Source: Octopus bimaculoides (taxonomy: Eukaryota). From it: a stretch of DNA of 64,000 bases. The stretch is from NCBI RefSeq assembly GCF_001194135.2, contig NC_068990.1, positions 39,549,376 to 39,613,375 on the forward strand, read 5' to 3'. Below, in pieces: positions 25,671-38,012 of the stretch. Made by a program: the position numbers and the translations under genes. Numbering within the stretch: position 1 is the first letter of the stretch; every line of letters starts with the position of its first letter. The notes beneath the pieces are model-generated. The model had not been told where the DNA came from. It was given only the letters and a program-made list of their open reading frames with translations, and ran no database searches.

Positions 25671-25799
25671 GAAATATAAAGGTCTTTGAGAAAAATATTT
25701 ACTTTATTAAAAATCAGAGCCATTCTTAAGAAACAATACGAAATGTCATTGGCAATATCAGGAATATCCTAGTATTGTAGGATTCATGACCATTCTCCA

Positions 25800-25935
25800 G
25801 ATATGTAGCCACATGCAACAGGGTTTGATGACATGTTATGCCAACTTGGGCAAGGGTCTTCTATATAATCTTAGACTGACCAACAACTTGTTTCTAGAAT
25901 GTTGTAGATGGAAACCATCTGGAAGTTAGCTGTGT
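25800..25935 (+). mobile_element. Highly diverged SINE-B head fragment
   Basis: CTTGGGCAAGGGTCTTCTAT..GACCAAC..GTAGATGGAAAC. Confidence 0.55.
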
Positions 25936-26418
25936 ATACATAAGGGAAGAACACACTGGTGAGAAAAATGAAAATGTCCTTTGTAATGCATGCTCTGCAG
26001 CTAGTTACAGACACTCTGTTGTGATTCATGCCATCAGAAATACAGTGAACAAGTAGTTGGCCTATTGGAAACATGCAAGTAACAGTGTTATGATTTCATA
26101 CATTCTGATATAAAAATGCAAGACTAAACAAATCAGTCTATCTTTCAACTTGCTCTTCACATTTCTCAACCTCATCATCAAGATTATGTTACTTTATATG
26201 TCAACTACCATATATCTATTCAGCCTTTAAGTAAAGTGTTATGGTAACAAGAATTTATATATTAAAACAGAAGTGAACTGCAGCTGCTGCTGCTGGCATG
26301 CAGTGAGCTGATACACTCATCAATCCCACAGAACAATAACATATTCTATCATCCCACAATACACCAACATATACCTTTGTTTTTCAGCATATCAACAGAA
26401 TTAGTTTTGTTCTGTTGT

Positions 26419-26640
26419 CATGCTGTGGGATTACATACCCCGTCAACCCACACTGCACTAATATACTTTATTATCTCTCAAGACACCAACAAATTCCATT
26501 TCTATTTATTAGCATGTTCTGGCATTACATACCCCATCAACACACAGTGCACTGATATACTTTGACACCCCACAGCACACCCAACAAAATTCATTTCTCT
26601 TTATTAGCATGCTGTGGGATTACATACCGCATCATCTCAC
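26419..26640. repeat. ~95-bp tandem repeat, about 2.3 copies
   Basis: Units start with CATG(C/T)T(G/C)TGG(G/C)ATTACATACC at 26419, 26513 and 26608. Confidence 0.85.
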
Positions 26641-26990
26641 AACAGATAATCATCTTATTTTCAGTTTTTATTTACTGTATATGCCCACACCAGATTCTTA
26701 TTAGCCCTCTTGCATTCATTGCCTGGCATTTTTAAGACTTGAATCATTTCCCAGTTCATTTCATACAACCTGTTCTTCATGTGCCATTGAGTAAATCTCA
26801 ATATCCATGGCTCAAAATGCTAGCAACAGCGTATAGTTCTCCTTAAAATCATACTCTATTGGTCTACTTTTATAAACAAGAGAAAGTCTATTGAAAAATT
26901 CGGTCTATCCTAGATATTCTATACTGTGTGTGAACTACTAGCAACACACCATAATACCACCATTTAGCTTGGAGCAAAATGTAAATCTCA

Positions 26991-27135
26991 TAACTTTTGA
27001 AGCCTATTATGTCACCTGATGAAGCTTCTTTGCACTGTGAGATGCATCTGATGTCCTTACATCATTCTCCACCCACGAAGAAGCAGTGCAGAAGGCAGCT
27101 GAAATGATTGTTGTGCTTAATAAAGCTTCTTGTTA
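26991..27135 (+). ncRNA. Type I hammerhead-ribozyme-like motif, probably from a Penelope-like pseudo-LTR or retrozyme
   Basis: CTGATGA 27016-27022, GAAA 27101-27104, G-U-U triplet 27110-27112; stems I, II and III can be paired by eye; AATAAA follows. Confidence 0.6.
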
Positions 27136-27359
27136 CACTCCATCTTCTGAATCAATCATTTAGTATATACGCAACGTGCACCGAGGAATTCCTTACATAG
27201 ATCCAACGATGACAGAGCAGTATTATGGATGATGTGCCTGCTAGCCATAAGTGGTGAAGTGCTCTGCAGGTACACTACCTGGGACTTACCCAAAACAAGG
27301 CTTAGATACTGCTTTTTAATGTCTCCTATCTAAACCTTCATTTTAATTTTAAATTTAAC

Positions 27360-27436
<77 letters not shown>

Positions 27437-27439
<3 letters not shown>

Positions 27440-27551
27440 TCTTTACTCTTTTACTTGTTTCAGTCATTTGACTGTGGCCATGCTGGAGCACTGCCTTTAG
27501 TCAAGCAAATCGACCCCAGGACTTATTCTTTGTAAACCTAGTACTTATTCT
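27437..27551 (-). mobile_element. SINE-B 3' fragment
   Basis: Reverse complement of the SINE-B tail. Confidence 0.9.
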
Positions 27552-27989
27552 TTATCTCGAGCGTTTGTCTCCTTTTTATATTAAATATATATAAACATAT
27601 ATATGCATAGATATACACATATACATACATATATTAACACATATATATATATATATCCTGTAAATAATAATAATGATATTTTTAATAAGCTTAAAGCTTA
27701 TGGTGATCACTGTGTAATGAGTAAGGAAAATAGTCTAATAAAGGGGCATATAAGCCCTCGACAGAAAAAAGAAGGCTCACCGAAAGCATATACATAAATG
27801 TATATATGTATATATTTATATGTATATAATGTACCTATATTATGCATATAATTATGCATATATGTGTGTGAGTGGAGAGAGGGAGATAAATATTATTATA
27901 GATTATATCTCCTTAGTAATGTTCCTAAAATAACTTATATATCTATGGATATATATTCATGTATGTATGCATGTGTGTTAGTATATCTG

Positions 27990-28160
27990 TATGTATGGCT
28001 AGATGGATGGATGGATCGATCAATCGACGGATGGATAGATTGATGGATGGATGGATGGATGGATGAGTGGGTGAGTGGGTGGATGGATGGATGGATATAT
28101 GTATGGATGTTTGCATGGATGGATAGATGAATAGATTTATGTATGTATGGATGGATGGAC
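27990..28160. repeat. (GATG)n microsatellite
   Basis: Direct sequence. Confidence 0.9.
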
Positions 28161-28509
28161 AGCTTTCCAATAAGCAGATTTTAGTGATGGGTCTTGCAAT
28201 ACAAGGTGACTTAGTGCATTAATTACTGAGAGTGTATTGCTCGGAGTCAAGGGAGCATTGGAGCTTTAGAATCAACTCTATTCAATGCATGGTCGCTTAC
28301 TTAGCATTTAACAAATTCGTTTTTCTTCCTTTTAAATAGGGCTGGAATATAGCAGCAGATAATACAACTGCAGCAGCAGCAGCAGATGTTGCTCAAAATT
28401 GGCAATATCAGTAGAAAAAGACAAAATATTACAATGACGGAAATAACAGCAATGACATAAAAATCAAAAAGAATGAAGACAACACTAACAGTAGCAATAT
28501 GTTATAATG

Positions 28510-28568
<59 letters not shown>

Positions 28569-28575
28569 GATGATG

Positions 28576-28614
<39 letters not shown>

Positions 28615-28644
28615 GTAATAATAATAATAATAATAATAAAAAAA

Positions 28645-28845
28645 TATTCAGACAAATACATAACAAAAACACCAGGACTTACAAATATATATAACACAGA
28701 AAATTGCACTACTGGGCACTGCACACATTCTACGCAAAACACTTTCAATACAGTAAACATAAGAGCACCACAGCAAACCACAGCACATACCCAAAGCGCA
28801 CAGAGCTGCGCTCGGTAGTGAAGTGAAAGCACGTTATAAAAATAA
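28645..28845 (+). mobile_element. R4/Dong-like LINE 3' end between (AAT)n tracts
   Basis: KIALLGTAHILRK-type terminus; homologous to 13205-13345. Confidence 0.85.
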
Positions 28846-28874
28846 AAATAAAAATAATAATAATAATAATATAG

Positions 28875-29330
28875 CAAACCCCAGAAGGAGTCACTGAAAA
28901 TGAGAATTGCAAAATCCTGTGGGATGCAATGATCCAGCGCAATCACCTGACCAGACATCGGAAACTGGACATTGTTGTGGTGAATAAAAATTGGCTTGGC
29001 ATGCCCCAGTGACAACAGGATCAATATTAAAAGAAGAAGAAAAAATAAACAACTATGACGATTTAAAGTCGAAAATATGAAGGTTGTAGTAAATGAAGAG
29101 AGTAGATGTGATGCCAATAGTAATTGGTGCACTCATCTACCAACATTGCAGAAAAGACATCGGTGCAAGTGTGAAGGTAGAACACCTACAAAAATCGGCA
29201 TTGCTTGGAACTGCAAGAATTCTTTGCAGGGTTCTCGAAGCATGATCAGTAAAACTAGGGTCACCTTAGACTGCTGCTGTGGACAGCTGACACTTTCCAT
29301 CATACCCAGCGATATAAACTGTGGGTTTTA
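28875..29330 (+). mobile_element. R4/Dong-like LINE 3' fragment, second subfamily
   Basis: PEGVTENENCKILWDAMIQ..RHRKLDIVVV..VMPIVIGAL..LGTARIL. Confidence 0.8.
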
Positions 29331-29377
29331 ATACAATAATGATAATCATAACAACAACAACAACAATAATAATAATA

Positions 29378-29465
29378 ACGGTATTCCAGTTAAGCATATT
29401 GAAGTTATAAAGAACAACTGGGACTGCTAAGGAATCTATGGCTAACACCTTATTATATGCATGAT
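29378..29465 (-). mobile_element. R4/Dong-like RT fragment
   Basis: AYNKVLAIDSLAVPVVLYNFNMLNW. Confidence 0.7.
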
Positions 29466-29735
29466 TTTTAAAATGCGAATATCTGAAATAAACTCGACTG
29501 CCCTCACAAACAAGAATGCTAAAAATGAACTCGACTACTCTCAAAAATTAAGTAAAAAAACAGGAAAAATAATCCAGAATGCTTTTTCGGTCCCAGATCA
29601 ATCCCAAAATCTAATCAGTTTGTGCCAGTCACAAGGCCAAACATTTCTGAAAATTTCATCCAAATCCATTCAGCGGTTCTTGAGATATCTTGTACAGGGA
29701 CAAACAAACACAACTGCAAACAATAACTCTGCCTT
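29466..29735 (+). mobile_element. Putative non-autonomous Helentron/DINE-like element
   Basis: AAATTTCATCCAAATCCATTCAGCGGTTCTTGAGATATC followed by (ACAA)n resembles DINE-like elements; termini not resolved. Confidence 0.4.
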
Positions 29736-29749
29736 GTTTCAAATTTTGG

Positions 29750-30121
29750 CATGACTGACACTTATTTAATCGACTCCAAAAGAATGAAAGAAAAAGTTGA
29801 CCTTGGTGAAATTTGAACTTGGAACATAAAATCAGACAAAATGCTGTTAGGTATTCTGTCCAGTGTGCTAATGGTCTTGCTAGCTCACCACCTTTGAAAT
29901 AATAACAGTTCTTTCTAATTAAAACAAATGCCTGAAATTTAAGGGAATGCGGTAGTCAATTAAATCAGCTCAAGAAACTGACTGGTACACTAATTTACTG
30001 ACCTTGTGAAAATGAAAAGCAAAGTTGACCTTGGTGAGATATGAATTCAGAGTCCAGAGGGTTGAAATGATTACTGCAGAACCATCTACATAATGCATTA
30101 ATGATTCAGCCAATTGGCCAT
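29750..30121 (-). mobile_element. Two tandem diverged SINE-A copies (29750-29894 and 29910-30121)
   Basis: Both show the reverse complement of the SINE-A core (AAAGTTGACCTTGG..GAA). Confidence 0.7.
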
Positions 30122-30229
30122 CAATATTTATGTACTCATTTAGGAGTTCATCTAATCTCATGATGTTATTGCCTTCAGTGTTTAATGTACACACAATGTA
30201 CTCATTTCTCTCTTTACTTTTCAGTTGAA

Positions 30230-30700
30230 TTCTAAATGACGTGATGCAGAAATCAAAGGCTGTCTAAACTGATCTTATGCTTCTAACTCTGTCCCTCTGT
30301 TCATCATAGATCTAGTCAGCATCACTATTGATGTAGAAATTGCTAGTCATCATTAGTATCTTCCTAGTCCTGATGACTAAGTTGTGGACTTCTTCAAGTG
30401 TTCAGTCCATTACTCCAAATGTTGGTACTAGCACTGACACTATGAAAGCTTTGTGAGATATAAGCATCACTGAATGCCGACAGCTCTGATTTCTTCTACT
30501 TGGTATCATGAATATTACTTAGGTACAGCATAAGGTCATCAACAAAAAAGGTGAAGGGGAAATTGGTCTTTCTTCCATTTGCAGCTCCTATCATGTAGCC
30601 TTTTTTTTCATACTGGGACTGACAATGAGTTCACTACTCCTACAGAAAGCATTACAGATAAGCTGTCACCTTGATATGTTCCTGTTGATAGCGTAATTCT
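30230..30700 (-). mobile_element. Decayed R4/Dong-like RT fragment
   Basis: Minus strand LFVDDLMLY, then FGVMD*TLEEV..TRKILMM..NFYINSDAD. Confidence 0.6.
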
Positions 30701-30759
30701 GTTATTGACTGTTGTGGTAGGTTAAGTTCTTGATGACAGTCTGCAATTTTGTCATGGGC

Positions 30760-31420
30760 AGGAACAAAGAGCCAATGTAAAATTTTGCTTGGGTAGTCTG
30801 CTACAGAGACATAAAGTATGCTTTGACAAGCTTACAGTGATGAGGCAATGGATCATACACAATGTTTCCAGTGGCACGGGTGCTTGAAAAGTGGAAGAAC
30901 ATCCCTGGAATACGATGTGTGATCTGGAAGACCTGCCACGAGCAGCACACCTGGAAATATGGTACTGTTCATTGAGAATTCATTTCCCAGGGTCAGATTA
31001 TCAATAAGTAGTTTTACTGTGATGATTTGAAGCATTTGAGGGAGGGCATTCGGCAAAAGCAACCAGATCTGTGGAGCATGGAGAATTGGATTCTTCTCTG
31101 AGATCTCCTCAGTCATGAGTTTCTTGCCAAACACAACATGGTATTGCTTTTGCACCCTCCTTGTTCACCAGATTTAGCACTTGCAGATTTCCATCTCTTC
31201 TCCAAGAGGAAAATGCAGCTCAAAGGTCACGATTTTAACACAATTGTCAAGATCCAGAGTGAATCACAGAAGGTCCTTGACTCAATTACAAAAAATGACT
31301 TCCAGGCTGGATTCCAAAAGTGGTAGGAACACTGAGACGGGTGGATTGCTGAGCAAGGTGATTATTTCAAAGGAGATGATGTTAAAACTTAGGTAAATAA
31401 GTTATTTTTTATTAAACATA
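30760..31420 (+). mobile_element. Mariner (DD34D-type) transposase remnant, internally deleted
   Basis: EQRANVKFC..YSDEAM..SGRP..HPPCSPDLALADFHLF..FQKW..QGDYFKGD. Confidence 0.85.
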
Positions 31421-32134
31421 ACTACCCCTTGATACTACTTTGTATATATATATATATATATATATATATNNNNNNNNNNNNNNNNNNNNNNNNNNNNNNN
31501 NNNNNNNNNNNNNNNNNNNNNNNNNNNNNNNNNNNNNNNNNNNNNNNNNNNNNNNNNNNNNNNNNNNNNNNNNNNNNNNNNNNNNNNNNNNNNNNNNNNN
31601 NNNNNNNNNNNNNNNNNNNNNNNNNTACAGAGACCTACATATAATGTCTCTGAAAAATTTCTGGCAGTGAAATGTTTTATAACATGTAAAATATAGTTCT
31701 AAGAAAAAAAAAAAAAAAAAAAAAAACTTTCCATTTCAAATGCACTGAACCATTTTTAGAATTGTGCATAGCTTAATCATCTGATTAAATATATCTAGAA
31801 TATGTATATGTGGGTATGTATATATTGGAAGATATGTAGAGTAATGTGCACACACACACGCACACACACACACACACACGCACACAAAATTTTACATATA
31901 TGTATTGCTTTTTTGTATTTTATATGTATTTTATGTGTGTATGTATGGCATGTATGTATATATGAGCATATTTCAATTGTGTAATGCATAGCCGCCTGAT
32001 TGTGTGGGTGTAAGATATATGTGGTGAATAAGAGGTATCTTTATGATTATGATTGTGTCTGTTCATCTGTATACATATGCATATCATATATATATGTGTG
32101 TGTGTGTGTGTGTATGTATGTGTATGTATATATG

Positions 32135-32202
<68 letters not shown>

Positions 32203-32565
32203 GAGAGGGAATAAGAAGTGGTAGATAGATTTAGAATTTTTTAAATTTTTTATGAACATCAAATTTATATGAATGAGAGTGAGTATAAATGAGTGCAAAG
32301 AGTGTTTTTTTTTTATATAAAATATAGTACACGTATTTGTGTGTGTGTATGTGTGTGTTTTGAGATATTTCAATTTCTGTACACTAGTGTGTGTGGTGTA
32401 GCTACAGACTGGTGTCTGGTCATAAACACAGTGTGTCTATTGTACCTCTTACTATCTGGAGAGACCCATGTAGCTGTACAGGTTGCAGTATCAGCAAGAT
32501 ATTTTTAATGGTTCCTCACCAATTATGGCTTCATGCTCCAACAAATTCTAGTACATAACATCTTG

Positions 32566-32634
<69 letters not shown>

Positions 32635-33220
32635 TTTCTACTACTACTAATCATTGACAAAATATGCAGATTTATTATATTTGATGTAGCAATATTTTTT
32701 TCTCTTACACGCACACACTCACATGTACATACATGCATGCACATACACACACACACACACATACACACATGCACACACACACACACATACACACTCACAC
32801 ACACATTCACTCCTATATGGACAACACATACTGGCGTCAAACAAACTTACAGTTTTATGCTTATTTCTCTTATGTACTTTATATTTTCATGTTTTTTTTA
32901 ATATACTTTTGTAATTTTTTTTATATGCTTTATTCTTTCTTTTAGTATTTTTTAACTAAAAAAAAAATTTTTCCAGCAGTTTTTCAGAGAAGCTGTTGTA
33001 TCATTAAAATATCAGTAATTATGGCACTTGGAAAGTAAAGAATATCTAAACAATCTACTGAAGTTCAAACTATCTTTCTTGTACTTGAAGGAGTCTGTAG
33101 TAGTGAAGATTAAGTTTGGCTTTTGCTGTTTCACATAGGTGAGATAAGAGAAACTTCCCCCTGGATAAGATGCTATTCATTTGTAGGTTATTTCCTTCAC
33201 AATGTGATATACATTTCATC

Positions 33221-33365
33221 TAAGGCAGCAAGTTGGCTGAGTCATTAGAGCATTGGACTTACTGATTTGCAGTAATCATTCAGGCTCACTACAGTCTGAG
33301 TTCAAATCCTGTTAAGGTCAACTTTGCTGTTCATCTTAGTAAAGGTGGTAAAATACCAGTCTTAA
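33221..33365 (+). mobile_element. SINE-A, highly diverged
   Basis: AAGGCAGCAAGTTGGC..GAGTTCAAATCC..GGTCAACTTTGC. Confidence 0.6.
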
Positions 33366-34059
33366 AAGTTGATCTTCCTCTTTATTTCTCTCTTTCTGTC
33401 TGTCTGTCTGTCTGTTTGATTCTTTCTATTCATTTCAAGAAATCTGATATTGTCAGACCTGAAGGTGTCTATGACCGTTTGCAATTACCCTAGTAGCAAA
33501 ATAATTAGTGAAAACATGGTACACTCTCCGAAGTCACCTTTGATTCTGAATGGCAGCAGCAGCAGCAGCAGTAGCAGTAGTAGTAGTAGTAGTAGTATAC
33601 TTCAGGCACATGCATTCACATATGTTCATATATTTATTCTCCTCCCTTACTGTATTGTCACATATCACCTCCTCCCTTCTGAGCCACACACATTCTTTTT
33701 ACCTTTCCCCTTGCCATATTAATATTTACCATCAACCACACCTCTACCCTAGCTCTACCCTAGCTTCACTCACTACATTCATCTCTACACACTTCTCTAG
33801 CCATCTGTCATTCTCTTCTCACTCTGTTGAACACATCCACTCATCCTTCCCACCTCCTCAGATCATTGCCCATATTCTCTCCTATACTCACCTTCTTGTG
33901 TCTTGATAGTATGCTCTCACACCTTGTCATCACCATCATGATCTTTCAAGCTACTCCCACCAACCCTTATGTATTGCATGATAGCCACACATCTCCTCTA
34001 TATCAAGACATCTCTGCCTGTCCCTCTATGATACTTTAGCCTCTCAAAGTTCCCTCTCT

Positions 34060-34290
34060 AGTACAACACCACAAGGGGACAGAGCTTTCTTTGTTTTGTC
34101 AATTACTTGGTGACCTCATTGGTGCTGGTGTATGAAAAAGCACCCAGAACATTCTGTAAGGTGGTTGGTGTTAGGAGGGGCGACCAGCCCTAGAAACCAT
34201 GCCAAAACAGACATTGGAGCTCAATGCAATCCTCTGGCTTGTTGGATTCTCTCAAACTGTCCAACCAATGCAAGCATGGAAGACAGACAT
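34060..34290 (+). mobile_element. RTE-type LINE/SINE 3' tail
   Basis: GTGGTTGGTGTTAGGAGGGGCGACCAGCCCTAGAAACCATGCC; homologous to 52255-52650. Confidence 0.65.
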
Positions 34291-35030
34291 TTAGATTTAC
34301 TCCCCCCCCCACACACTCTGCCCACCTCCCTCTATCTTCTCTCCTACTTTTCTACATACCTTAATAATCTCCCTCTGCTACCAACCTTACTTCTTTCTTT
34401 GAATTCACCCTTAGCCACCAATATAATCATCTATGAACTAGACCCTTTCCCTCCCTCTAATAATTGCCCTCCCCTTTTTACTGTCTCAACTTCCCATAGT
34501 TCTATTGCCATTATCCCTAAATTTTGACATTTATTCACAAACCCAACAACTCACCACCCTTCAGTTACCACCCATCCCACCCTTCCCACTCAATTACTTC
34601 CCACCCTCCACCTCAACTACTACCTCCCTAATACCCTAATCGTTAACCCCATCTTCCTGAACTGACTCTTTTATCTCCTTTCATCCTTCCCTGCCTCCAC
34701 ACTCCCCACACACCCACCAGCCTCCTACTTCCTTCCTCCAATACTGCTTACTTATTCTCCACATTTAAACATTCCACTTTTAAACTTCTCTACATCATGA
34801 TCTGAAATGTAAGATTTTTTCTACCCTGATGACAGAGTAAATCTACCTTAGTTTACCAAATGTTTATTTGCTTCCATTACAGGCTGCATATTTTGATGAA
34901 CTACATCTACTCACATTATGGTGGATCTCCAAGCCCCCAGAAACAGTTGTTGGACTTATGACCCCTTACCTCTTCCCATTTAGTTTTCTCTGTCATTTGT
35001 ACTCTGTGTAAGTTTGACTTATTAATATGC

Positions 35031-35268
35031 AAGGCGGTGAGCTGGCAGAAATGTTAGCATGCCGGGCGAAATGCTTAGCGGTATTTTGTCTGCTGCTACG
35101 TTCTGAGATCAAATTCCGCCGAGGTCTACTTTGCCTTTCATCCTTTCGGGGTCGATAAATTAAGTACCAGTTACACACTGGAGTCGATGTAATCGACTTA
35201 ATCCCTTTATCTGTCCTTGATTGTCCCCACTATGTTTAGCCCCTTCTGGGTAATAAAGAAATAAGAAG
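35031..35268 (+). mobile_element. SINE-A, young full-length copy with alternative 3' end
   Basis: CpG-rich head AAGGCGGTGAGCTGGCAGAA; body as in 161-373. Confidence 0.9.
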
Positions 35269-35269
35269 T

Positions 35270-35782
35270 CAGACAGTTGCAGTTAATGGTGCTCCCTCTA
35301 AGGAGACATCAATTCACAGTGGAGTCCTTCAAAGAACTGTACTTAGACCACTACTGTTTGGGGTGGCTCTCTCAGATTTGCCCTCAGCCATACAGTCAGC
35401 AAATCTCACCTGCTACACTGATGATACAAAGGTTTCACAGGTGGTCAAGGATCCTGATGACATACTAAAACTGCAAAATGACCATCAGGCAATGTACAAA
35501 TGGACTGAGGAAAATAACATACAGCTCAATACTGATAAGTTTCAAGCAATCTACTATCAGCCTACAAATGGATTATTATTAGAATACATAGGACCAGGGT
35601 GCAGTGCAATCCCAGAGTTAGAATCAGTGCATGATCTGGGAACCCATATTATTACTCATGTAGATTCCCAAGTGGCAACACTGTGCAGGCAAGTAGATGG
35701 GTGGATTCTTAGATCATTCAGAACAAAGAAAAAGAATACCATGCTACTCCTATGGAGAACTTTCATTTTCCATCATCTAGAT
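35270..35782 (+). mobile_element. CR1/L2-group LINE RT fragment
   Basis: ALSDLPS..CYTDDTKV..LQND..MYKW..QLNTDKF..VHDLG..GWILRSF..LLWRTFI. Confidence 0.85.
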
Positions 35783-35950
35783 CAGTGGTTCTCAACTAGG
35801 GTCCGTATGGCCCCTGGGGATCTATGTAAGATGTTTGGGGTTCATGCAACAAAATAGTAAATTGGTGATCCACAATTTTATTTTAAGGACCCCTGAAAAA
35901 TTTTGCTTTAGATGTATTGGTATGTATTACAAGAAACAGTTTGTAAGACT
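35783..35950 (+). mobile_element. hAT/Charlie-type MITE left end
   Basis: CAGTGGTTCTCAAC terminus directly after ATCTAGAT (NTCTAGAN is the Charlie target preference); right end not found. Confidence 0.65.
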
Positions 35951-36699
35951 ATGTTTTACATAGAGAGATAGAGACTGACAGACAGAGAATTAACTAGGTA
36001 TCATATGTAATGTAAATGCATTGCAAAACGGCAAATTAACTCTGATATTTGTCCTGCGATGATATTTCTTATAGACGTAATGTGTTTAAAAGCACCAAAA
36101 TATCAGTAGCAGACAAAATCATAAAGCATCTGTGAGGGAAAATGCAAGATGCACATTTGGATTTTATCAGTAGAATGTATGCACTGCCAACCATATGCTA
36201 AGACAAATGAGACAGAAATATGTGTCTAACATTCTCACTTCTGTTGTTGGATGGTTTTTGCCTGCTACTAGTACATTTGCATTATAAAACACAGTATACT
36301 CATAAGATATATTATCACTGGATGAACACACAGTCAGTTTAGCTTTTAGCACTGTATCTGCATTAAGTATGATACACAATTAGCTGTTTTAATCTAATAC
36401 TGTTTCTGTTACATATAAAGAAGTTTATTTGGCTGGACAGCTAGTGGCAATATCAATGATTTTTCAGTCAATATTTTCCTATATCAATAACAATCGTCCT
36501 AAAGATCAAGTTTCCTACCATGAGGAAGCCAGAGGTAGGAAATAAAATCTAACTTCAGAACACAAATGGCATCTAGCAATTTCCTCAATAGACTGTCAAC
36601 ATTAACATTTGTGAACAACTGTACCAACTTGCTGCTTATGAAGACAAGTATGAACACAGTATACCTACACTTACAAGGCACTAACTTGTGTACTCTCAG

Positions 36700-36890
36700 C
36701 TAATTGCTGTTATTTAGTCTCAAGGGAACCCTGATCAAGGCAGCTTGTGATAAGAGACACTCCAGCCGTGACCACTCCAGTTTAAGAAGAGTCAGGAGAT
36801 ACGTTGTCCAATGTATTTGCATTTTAAAAGGCAATTTGGTATGTGAATTGAGAGGTATCTGGTTGCTGTTTCTTGCAGGCAGAGCAACTA
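36700..36890 (+). repeat. Unclassified dispersed repeat (family C)
   Basis: CCCTGATC..CCAGCCGTGACCA..GGTTGCTGTTTCTTGCAGG; related pieces at about 18675, 47340 (-), 50095 and 51240. Confidence 0.6.
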
Positions 36891-36892
36891 TT

Positions 36893-37099
36893 CTTTTATT
36901 CTTTTATTTTGTTTCAGTCATTTGACTGTGGCCATGCTGGAGCACCGCCTTTAGTTGAACAAATCGACCCCAGAACTTATTCTTTGTAAGCCTAGTGCTT
37001 ATTCAATCGGTCTCTTTGCTGAACCACTAAGTTACGGGAACATAAACACAAAAGTATCAGTTGTCAAGCAATGGTGGGGGGACAAACATAGACACACAG

Positions 37100-37141
<42 letters not shown>

Positions 37142-37309
37142 TTATGACGAGCTTCTTTCAGTTTTCATCTACCAAATCCACTCACAAGGCTTTAGTTGGC
37201 CCGAGGCTATAGTAGAAGACACTTGCCCAAGGCGCCACGCAGTGGGACTGAACCCAGAACCATGTGGTTGGTAAGCAAGCAACCTACCACACAGCCACAC
37301 CTGCACCTA
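36893..37309 (-). mobile_element. SINE-B, full length
   Basis: Reverse complement of the 1123-1516 type with internal (CA)n. Confidence 0.9.
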
Positions 37310-37974
37310 TGTGAAAGATCTATTTTTAAATTTTTTCCCTGATATGTGTAACTAGGTAACGGTCGAGCATATCATTATCTAGCAGAGCCAAGTTCAAATC
37401 CTATTTGAGGTGTAAAGTAACAGGAAGCCTTTACAGTGTAATATCCTGCAAGCAATTTTAAAATCAACTTGATTATCAGAAGTTTAATCTTCACACAACA
37501 CCTTCAAGGCTAAAAACTGATAGAAAACAGCAACAACAACCACAACAGAGAATGTAGCAATAAACACAGAAAATGTTATGTATAGTAATTTTATTTTTAT
37601 ATTCTCTTTAATAAAAAAAAATTTTTTCTTCATTCTGGTGAATAAAGAATTTTTGAAACAGTGAGTGAAAGGGACATTTTTATTGGGAAAGAAAAGATAT
37701 TTTGGCAAAATTTCTAAATAATATTGATAAATTCAACGATTTTTTTTTTATTCTATGATATGAAAAATGAAATAAAAAGAAAAGAAGGAAAAAGTGAGAG
37801 AAGAAAAGTAAGAGGTAAATATATGCCTGTGTGTTTATGGTTGGTTATGAATGGATATGTGTGTGTATGAGCATGTGGAGATATGTGTGTGAGTGTAGAT
37901 AGGTAACTAGATAGAAAGATTGATTGATAGATTAATAAACACATAGATAGATATATATATACATACATAAATTT

Positions 37975-38012
<38 letters not shown>

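Noticed and set aside
15100-26640. Tandem arrays as CRISPR-like repeat-spacer structures
   Set aside because: Units are contiguous and degenerate with no unique spacers; eukaryotic context
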